Assembly: GCA_963674705.1 (NCBI GenBank)
Contig: OY771506.1
Location: 3,360,001-3,424,000, forward strand
DNA from: Phycisphaeraceae bacterium
Lineage (GTDB): Bacteria; Planctomycetota; Phycisphaerae; Phycisphaerales; Phycisphaeraceae
Reading direction: 5' to 3'
DNA: 64,000 bases
Part shown: positions 57,349-64,000 of the stretch, piece by piece
How the letters are laid out: the number at the start of each line of letters is the position of its first letter
How positions within the stretch are numbered: the stretch's first letter is position 1
Notes under the pieces: model-generated
Told to the model about the DNA's origin: nothing
What the model saw: only the letters and a program-made list of their open reading frames with translations
The model's database searches: none
Position numbers and translations under genes: made by a program

Positions 57349-58740
57349 CTATCCGTGAACGATTTTGCCTTGTGCTTTGAGCTTTCGTTGCTTGAGCATA
57401 AGCAGGAACATCGCCAGGCCGCCGATGAGTCCGAAACCGGCCATGATGACGTACCAGAAAAGCCAGCCGTACTGTTCCTTGGTGGCATCCAGGACACGTC
57501 CGGTGATAGCCAGTGAGATAGCGGCTCCATAGTATTGGAATGAATCGATGACGCCTGTGGCAAAGCCCGCCATCTTTTTGCCGCCAATATCCATCGGTGC
57601 GGCGGCGCCCACGATCGAGTGCGTCGAGTTCACAGTCAAAGAGATCATGATCAGAATCGCACACCCGACAAACACACCCATTGGCGTTGGATTAACCTCA
57701 CCGAGCATCAGCAGGACCGCTGATGTTGTAATGACACACGCCTCGAACAGGTACAGCACAATCGCGACCGGTGCTCGCCTTCCAGCAAAGAACTTGTCTG
57801 AAATCATCCCGGAACCAAGTGAGCCGGTAAAGGCAACGATCGGAATGATCGTCATGGTGATGTAGATCGCTTTGGTCGGATTCTCCAGGTCAAGACCCAA
57901 TTCTTCAACGAAGTAGAGGATCGCCAACTGGTCCGAGCTGTGTCTGACCGCACCTGTGCAGGCGTAGGCCACGGCGTAGAACCAAATCAACGGGTGTGTG
58001 AATATCGTCCGGAACGAATCCAAGATCGAGACGGTCGTTCCGGCTGAATTATCAATCTCATCCTCGATCACACCAGAGAAACCTGCTTGGTCGGGTGATG
58101 GTGAGGCTGCAAAAGCCATAAATATCACTGCGGCGGCCGTGAATAGGGGTGGAATACGGAAGACCCACCGCCATTCTTCGTTGCTCCCGCCGATCGTATA
58201 TGCCCCAATGGTGAATCCGGCGATGATCAGTGGTGCAAGGTTGTTAATAGCAACCTGCCCGAGTTGGATCATCCCGCCGAAAATACCCGCGAATGTTCCT
58301 CGTTCTGTTCGGTGGAACCAGGCAGCATTGATCTTCACCATTCCAGGCGCGCCGAATGATTGGACATACCCGTTCATCAAGGCGATCAATGAGAACGTGG
58401 CAAAGGTGCTGACGAACGACGAGAAGCCGAAGACGAAGTTAATGACGATGGTCGCACAAGCACCGATGATCATCGATGTCTTGCCACCGATCCGATCACT
58501 GAGCAGGCCATTTATCAATTGGCCTGTGCCATAAGCCAGGGACCAGATCGCGAACATATCAGCGATCTGCGTCTTGTCGAAGCCGAACTCATCAATCATT
58601 CCCGGCGTGGCGTAGCGAAAGTTGTATCGGCACATGTAGTACGAAGCGTACATCAGCCCTAACGCAAACCAGTTTAGTCCTCGACGGGCCCGGAAGCCTT
58701 TTGGATGGTGGATCACGTAGTGCTTATCAGACATACTCAC
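57349..58740 (-). CDS. MFS transporter, GlpT/UhpC (OPA)-like
   Basis: YASYYMCRYN, WFHRTERG, AGFATGVID; about 12 TMs. Confidence 0.88.
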   Translation of the reverse strand: MSMSDKHYVIHHPKGFRARRGLNWFALGLMYASYYMCRYNFRYATPGMIDEFGFDKTQIADMFAIWSLAYGTGQLINGLLSDRIGGKTSMIIGACATIVINFVFGFSSFVSTFATFSLIALMNGYVQSFGAPGMVKINAAWFHRTERGTFAGIFGGMIQLGQVAINNLAPLIIAGFTIGAYTIGGSNEEWRWVFRIPPLFTAAAVIFMAFAASPSPDQAGFSGVIEDEIDNSAGTTVSILDSFRTIFTHPLIWFYAVAYACTGAVRHSSDQLAILYFVEELGLDLENPTKAIYITMTIIPIVAFTGSLGSGMISDKFFAGRRAPVAIVLYLFEACVITTSAVLLMLGEVNPTPMGVFVGCAILIMISLTVNSTHSIVGAAAPMDIGGKKMAGFATGVIDSFQYYGAAISLAITGRVLDATKEQYGWLFWYVIMAGFGLIGGLAMFLLMLKQRKLKAQGKIVHG

Positions 58741-58985
58741 CTGCTCGATAGTTAATACCGTGTTGTGGAAGCGTCACTTATCTGAATTGTTAATGATACG
58801 TTAATTTCTCGTTAGGCCAAGTACAATCTGTGAATCCACTTCCGATGTGGCCGTGGAAGGAATGAAGTGCTCTGATTTCGTCTGGGCCGGCAAGGATCAG
58901 CGATTCTGCAGGATACTCTCCAATGCGAGGCACTCAATATTCTGGATCACAGGAAATATCCGCAAGATATCTGACAGGGTTCAGG

Positions 58986-59384
58986 CTAAGCCTTCGGGTC
59001 CGGGCCATACTGGTTGTCTCCAGTAGTCCCTTTTTTCAGTACAAGCAGCAGCACAAGGTAGACATTGTAGAGGGGAATAATCAACAGCCAGAAGTGCATA
59101 GCCGGCCGATTCATATCATGTAACCGCCGGGCTATACACGACGCCTGGATGATAACCAGTGGGATATAAGGTACATACTCCACCACCCATGACAGGAATA
59201 TCTGTCCGATTGCAGCCAGTGCGTTTGCCGCAAATAATGCACCTAGCCAAAGAACAGCAATCAACAGTGTCCGCCAGAGGAAGCCAAGGCGATTCAATCG
59301 ACCATCGAACTGTTCTTCGGCCCAGATACAACGGGCTTTCAGCCACAGTTGGTATGAAGATGCTTGCACATGAATGTTGTCCAT
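58986..59384 (-). CDS. DUF805 family membrane protein
   Basis: FDGRLNR, RRLHD, NQYGPDP. Confidence 0.9.
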   Translation of the reverse strand: MDNIHVQASSYQLWLKARCIWAEEQFDGRLNRLGFLWRTLLIAVLWLGALFAANALAAIGQIFLSWVVEYVPYIPLVIIQASCIARRLHDMNRPAMHFWLLIIPLYNVYLVLLLVLKKGTTGDNQYGPDPKA

Positions 59385-59582
59385 AATGACTTCCGTTTTA
59401 AGGTGAATACACCCTCATTTTGCGTTCTGGCCACACATTTTACAACGTAGCACCACATCAGTTTGCAGCGGTGTTTCAGAGAAATACTATAAAGGCGTGG
59501 CGGTAATGCGCAAAGCACTATTCTTGAGTAGCTTGGAAGAATAGGTGTAAATCAACCACTCCGGCATGTGAAACATCAACCA

Positions 59583-60341
59583 TTAGCTTGTGGTTGCTGG
59601 TGTATCTACTGTTTCAGTCTCGATATCTGTCAAGGAACTTGATTGAGGGGTATGGGGCGTATGAGCTGAAACGGGTTCCGGCTGATCTTTGCTCGATACC
59701 GATGCCAGCACGGTGAGGCCCGCATACACCTTCTGCCCCTGCTGGATGGTGACCTGGGGCTGTTGTTCGGCCGGCAAATACAGTTCGGTGGTGGAACCGA
59801 GCTTGATCATGCCGATGCGTTGGCCCCTTTGGACGACGTCGCCTTCGTGGACACCGCAGGCGATGGTGCGGGCGAACAGGCCTGAGACCTGCCGTACAGC
59901 CGCGAGGGGGTGGCCTTTGATCGGGTGGTTCAGCACGATCAGGTTGGATTCGTTTGTCTCGGCTGATTCAGGATTCAGCGCGTTTTTGTGATCACCGGGT
60001 TTGTGCGTGATGCTGCTGACCTGGCCGTGGCATGGGCTACGGTTGATATGCACATCCAACACGCTCAGGAAAATCCGGATGCACGTGGCGGGGCCGCCGA
60101 ACGGCTCAAAGTGGTCGACTTCATGTATAGAGCTGATGCGGCCGTCCGCCGGTGCAATAACAGCCCCACGTTGAGAGGGGGTACGACGATTGGGGTCACG
60201 GAAGAACGCGAGCAGGGCGGCTGTCACTGGCAGGATCAGCAGCAGGGCCCACCACCAGCCAAGCATGGCACAAGTGACAGTCAGCATCATGCCAACCGCT
60301 GTGATCGTGAGCCATTCGTATTTGCCGTAGGAGCTGAGCAT
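59583..60341 (-). CDS. psd: Phosphatidylserine decarboxylase proenzyme
   Basis: FFRDP, APADG, IFLSVLDVHINRSP, KLGST cleavage motif. Confidence 0.94.
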   Translation of the reverse strand: MLSSYGKYEWLTITAVGMMLTVTCAMLGWWWALLLILPVTAALLAFFRDPNRRTPSQRGAVIAPADGRISSIHEVDHFEPFGGPATCIRIFLSVLDVHINRSPCHGQVSSITHKPGDHKNALNPESAETNESNLIVLNHPIKGHPLAAVRQVSGLFARTIACGVHEGDVVQRGQRIGMIKLGSTTELYLPAEQQPQVTIQQGQKVYAGLTVLASVSSKDQPEPVSAHTPHTPQSSSLTDIETETVDTPATTS

Positions 60342-60470
60342 CGTGTTCCGTCACGAGAAGCGTGGATTAAAAATCCGCCGCGGTCAATACCGGCGGATGG
60401 CCGTCATAGTCATGGCACACACACCCGGCTCAGGGTCGGCCAACATGATCCCGGAGAACAAAAAGCACGT

Positions 60471-61400
60471 TTAGCTGCTGGCCTTGCCAATCATCATCCC
60501 GATAGCGCCCAGGATAATGCTCAGCACGAGCAGTCCGCCGCACCAGACGCCGAACATCATCATGGATTCAGTCATCATGCCGGTGATCACGCTGGGTACG
60601 CCTGCCAGTGCCGAGATCGCGACAACCAAAGCGACGACGAGTGAAATCGTCGAGCCCATCAACATCCCGGCCCCAAAGCCACTGCCGGCACCGTCTATAC
60701 CGGTGTCGTATGTCGCCATGGCAACGCCGGCAGCGGCACCACCCATCGCAGGCACCGGAGCGCCCTGCAGTTCGGTCATGCCGCCGGCCGCGGACGCACC
60801 TGTGCCGGTCTCCATCGAGATCGCGCTTTCAAATACGCCGCTGGAGCCGATACCTGAAGCCGCCATTGAACCTTCGCCGGCATTGGTCCCACCCGGATAA
60901 ATCTCGTCCAGTAACTCCGCGCCGAGGCTGGTGTCGTCGCTTTCACGTGTCAGGTCAAGCAGGCCTGAGCCCGAGCCGACGCTTTCCAGAGACAGTTCTT
61001 CCTGGGCCGTGTCAGCCATGGGGTTGGTCACAGCGGTCTGCGCCAGAGGATCGACCGGTTCAACTTCATCCGGCCCGAAGACGCTCATACCGGAGCCTGT
61101 ACCTGTGCCGGTCTTGCCGGGATCACTGCCGGTGCTTGTCAGGCCGGCTTTGCTGGTCATGTTAGTGTCAGCGAGGCTGATCGCGTCGGTATCATCGCTG
61201 GGTACCAGCGGGATGGGGCTGCCAGAATCACTGTCGCCGTTACCACCGGCGAGCGTGTCGATCTGGTCGCGTTTGAACATCAGCCGATCCTTGTCGCGGA
61301 ACTGCTGAAGCTCACCGTTGGCGGCCATCTCTTTGATCTTCTCGATATTAACACCGAGTTTCTCTGCCGCTTCGTCCAGGGTGTAAAACATCTTGGCCAT
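60471..61400 (-). CDS. Excisionase/MerR-like HTH protein with acidic linker and C-terminal TMs
   Basis: FYTLDEAAEKLG..GELQQFRD; low-complexity acidic middle; two TMs. Confidence 0.82.
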   Translation of the reverse strand: MAKMFYTLDEAAEKLGVNIEKIKEMAANGELQQFRDKDRLMFKRDQIDTLAGGNGDSDSGSPIPLVPSDDTDAISLADTNMTSKAGLTSTGSDPGKTGTGTGSGMSVFGPDEVEPVDPLAQTAVTNPMADTAQEELSLESVGSGSGLLDLTRESDDTSLGAELLDEIYPGGTNAGEGSMAASGIGSSGVFESAISMETGTGASAAGGMTELQGAPVPAMGGAAAGVAMATYDTGIDGAGSGFGAGMLMGSTISLVVALVVAISALAGVPSVITGMMTESMMMFGVWCGGLLVLSIILGAIGMMIGKASS

Positions 61401-61612
61401 GATCGACTCCTATGTCCCTAGAGCGTAAGTTATGCCGCCGGCTGACAGTGAATCAGGGGCCGGCCGACACCTTCGCTTGAACATATTAGGATATGGCGTA
61501 ACTGCTTGCCTGACAAGGCGGCTGAATCCGTCCGGTATTATCCGAGGCGTGATTGGATTAGTAGCTTTTATACTGCTGACGACTCGGAATATGAGATAAG
61601 CCACCAATCCCG

Positions 61613-62461
61613 GTGAATGAGTTTCCAAACCCAGGAACTGCTTGCCCTATGCCGCTGAATTACGGGCTGATCCATCACGTTGATCTGGTGTTGCAGGAAC
61701 TGCCATCTTCGCTGCAAGGTGTTAAAATAGCGCATCTTACAGATTTGCATATCACCCGGCACACCCATCGCCACGACCGGCTGATGAACCAACTGACCAG
61801 CCTGCGGATCGATATGGCGCTTTTCACGGGCGATTACATGCGTCGCGAGGATGACCACGTCGAGGCGGCCGCGGTCCTTCGGCGGATCGTCGATGCTGCC
61901 AATCCCCGATTCGGCAGTTTCGGCGTTTTCGGCAACCACGATTCCCGGCCCTTGGTGGACCTCGTCCAGGATGTCGGCATCCACTGGCTGGGAACCGGCA
62001 GCCACCGATTGGAACAATGCCCGATCCATTTGTTTGGTCTGGACCCATTGCACAAAGATCGTGAAGACAGCACCGCCATGCTTTTAAATGGCGGGCCGGT
62101 TTATGGGCAAGACAGTGCCGGTTACTTGCGATTGATGCTCGCGCACTATCCGAGCTGGCTATCGACCGCAGCAGACCTCGGCATGCACGTGCTTTTCTCC
62201 GGCCACACGCACGGCGGACAGATGCGCTTGCCTACCGGCCGAGCGCTAATCAATGCGTGTGATCTGCCTCTGGATATAAGCTGTGGCGTGCTGCGTCACC
62301 GCGACACTCTAATCGCCATCTCCCGCGGCCTAGGTGAAGTCGGCCCGCCCGGCGCACGTTTCCGTTTATTCTGCCCGCCACATGTCCCGGTTTACACATT
62401 GCGGCAAGGACCAACGCTCGGGCAGCACACGCAGAAGGTAGTGAAGGTAGTCAGTTGGTAG
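61613..62461 (+). CDS. Calcineurin-like metallophosphoesterase
   Basis: TDLH, TGD, GNHD, AH, SGHTHGGQ; start may be 61649. Confidence 0.9.
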   Translation: MNEFPNPGTACPMPLNYGLIHHVDLVLQELPSSLQGVKIAHLTDLHITRHTHRHDRLMNQLTSLRIDMALFTGDYMRREDDHVEAAAVLRRIVDAANPRFGSFGVFGNHDSRPLVDLVQDVGIHWLGTGSHRLEQCPIHLFGLDPLHKDREDSTAMLLNGGPVYGQDSAGYLRLMLAHYPSWLSTAADLGMHVLFSGHTHGGQMRLPTGRALINACDLPLDISCGVLRHRDTLIAISRGLGEVGPPGARFRLFCPPHVPVYTLRQGPTLGQHTQKVVKVVSW

Positions 62462-62479
62462 GACTATTGACTTACTATG

Positions 62480-62749
62480 TCAGGTAACGCCCAGATCCTC
62501 GACGAAGTTTGAATCTGGGTGAATTTTCGCACGTTTAATACCCATCTGTTCAGAAACGATCGTTCTTAAATGTTCGAAAACTAATCGGGGTAGATGTGCT
62601 TCAAGATTGGCTTGATCCGCAAGCAGATGTTTGACTATCGAATCACGAAGGTCAGCCATCGTCAAAAGATTTTCGGATTCATCATCCGGGATCTTGATAC
62701 CGAAGTCCCGGTCAACTTCCAGAAGGATTTCAATCGCGTCGAGTCCCAC
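62480..62749 (-). CDS. Circularly permuted acyl-carrier-protein-like protein
   Basis: GGAG RBS, GTG start; begins GLDAIE..FGIKIPD, ends EQMGI..SNFVEDLG. Confidence 0.8.
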   Translation of the reverse strand: MGLDAIEILLEVDRDFGIKIPDDESENLLTMADLRDSIVKHLLADQANLEAHLPRLVFEHLRTIVSEQMGIKRAKIHPDSNFVEDLGVT

Positions 62750-62902
62750 GGGCCAACTCCTCTGTTATTCGTTTGTATTGATACGAATAATGTAATCCCT
62801 TACGCACTTTTGAACATGGTTCGATTGTGTTTTTGATCACCAAGGTATTGGTATGAAGTGGGGCGATGCTTTGATGACAATCAAATTGTGTGATTGGATG
62901 TC

Positions 62903-62937
62903 AAATAAAAAGTCCGCTCATTCCGGAGGGAGCGGAC
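62903..62937 (-). terminator. Intrinsic terminator
   Basis: GTCCGCTC-loop-GAGCGGAC followed by TTTTTATTT on the minus strand. Confidence 0.75.
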
Positions 62938-63181
62938 GGTGGTGGCAGATAAGGCACGTCAACTTCAGTTTTCTATCGTAGAAGCTACATACCCGAGCCA
63001 CCAGCCCCAGAAAGGCTGGCATCGTCTAGTCTGGATCACTCGGATAACTGTACGACCAAGTGGTCCCGCGTAATCATTTCCGGTTGCTGCGTATAACCTT
63101 TGAGCATGCACTGTTTTGCGTTGAGCATCTGCAGGTGCATGTCTCCAAATCTAATATAGGTGATTTCGATCGGCTAACGCA

Positions 63182-63197
63182 TCCCTAGATTTAGGGA
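63182..63197. promoter_or_regulatory. Palindromic candidate LuxR-type operator
   Basis: TCCCTAGATTTAGGGA (14/16 self-complementary), about 31 nt upstream of a TATATT -10-like hexamer on the minus strand. Confidence 0.5.
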
Positions 63198-63214
63198 ATT
63201 TATGAATTATTTGA

Positions 63215-64000
63215 TCAGTCTTGATCTGCCCCGTCACCGGCTGTGAAGTGCCGGATCAACCCGAGTTGGGAGTTTACGTTGAAGTGTCGGTAAATCACCT
63301 TGGTGTGGTCATTGACCGTGTGCTCGGAAATAACCAGGGTTCTGGCGATATCGGCGCGCTTGTAGCCTTGGATCAGATATGAAAGCACAATCCGTTGTTT
63401 AGGGGTGAGGTCGGGTACGGTTTTACCCTCGTGTCCGGGGATGCCGGCTCGGTGCAGCCAATCGATATTCGAGAGGATGATGTGGCAGATACGGCTCTGC
63501 CTCTCGGTGAAGTAGTCGTTACCTTTTTTACGGATAAGACCGATCCCGCTGAATATCCCTTCGGATAACGGGTAGAAAGAATACAAGAAGTCATCCAGAC
63601 CCCGATCCAACCGGTAGTCTCGCACGGTTGGGTGACCGTACCAGGTTTTATCATCGACCAGTTGACGCCGCATGCGAGTGAAGTGCTTGCCGTCCAGAAT
63701 AGTATTGGCGAGCAGTTCATCTTCGGGGGGTTTGTCGCCGGCAATCAACGAACCCTCGATGATGCCGTTGAGTTGGTGGTCGCTTAGACCATCGTGGATC
63801 AGATTGATTGTCGATGGCCTTGAGTCTCTGGGTGTATTGACCGAGATTGTCCAGAGCCAGCCATCGGCTTCCGTCAGTTCTGCCAATCCTTCCATCAGTG
63901 CCCGGCGTCTTACCGGGACCGATGCATCCATCCCTGCAACTTTGCCAATCAGTCGAACCATTGCGACCGTATCTTCCTCACGGATCAGTTGTTCAATCCG
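63215..64000 (-). CDS. LuxR-family HTH regulator with N-terminal sensor-like domain (5' end outside the window)
   Basis: LTPKQRIVL..G...IARTLVISEHTVNDH..IY; frame open to the window edge. Confidence 0.88.
   Translation of the reverse strand, partial: RIEQLIREEDTVAMVRLIGKVAGMDASVPVRRRALMEGLAELTEADGWLWTISVNTPRDSRPSTINLIHDGLSDHQLNGIIEGSLIAGDKPPEDELLANTILDGKHFTRMRRQLVDDKTWYGHPTVRDYRLDRGLDDFLYSFYPLSEGIFSGIGLIRKKGNDYFTERQSRICHIILSNIDWLHRAGIPGHEGKTVPDLTPKQRIVLSYLIQGYKRADIARTLVISEHTVNDHTKVIYRHFNVNSQLGLIRHFTAGDGADQD

Overview
High-GC bacterial chromosomal window, most likely from a Planctomycetota (Phycisphaerae-like) genome. The lineage is inferred from seven PEP-CTERM proteins, three with a dockerin-like GDxxGDGFVGLxDLD module, and planctomycete-type hypotheticals. 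It carries housekeeping genes (trpB, ubiE/menG, dinB, msrAB, topA, miaA, recG, tRNA deaminase tadA, psd, sppA, mlaE), three tRNAs (Pro-GGG, His-GTG, Ile2-CAT) and motility/c-di-GMP genes (two PilZ, CheV, HD-GYP). The most notable system is a ~10.5 kb Tad/Flp pilus locus with an embedded bitopic Ser/Thr kinase-TPR protein, a bitopic FHA protein, an FHA-fused CpaF, a second CpaF and non-canonical pilins, suggesting a phosphorylation-gated pilus. Other highlights: an AT-rich EEP nuclease plus small-partner cassette behind a recoded trpB tail; a cargo insertion that left a diverged duplicate of the ubiE 3' end and an internally flipped repeat; four sigma28-like promoters; a His-less B12-binding-fold protein; a plant-arabinokinase-like salvage pair; a circularly permuted Ser-less ACP; a possible LuxR-driven small transcript; and many REP-like and heptamer repeat families. 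No CRISPR array, integrase, transposase or prophage was seen. All calls are from reading the sequence by eye; no searches were run.
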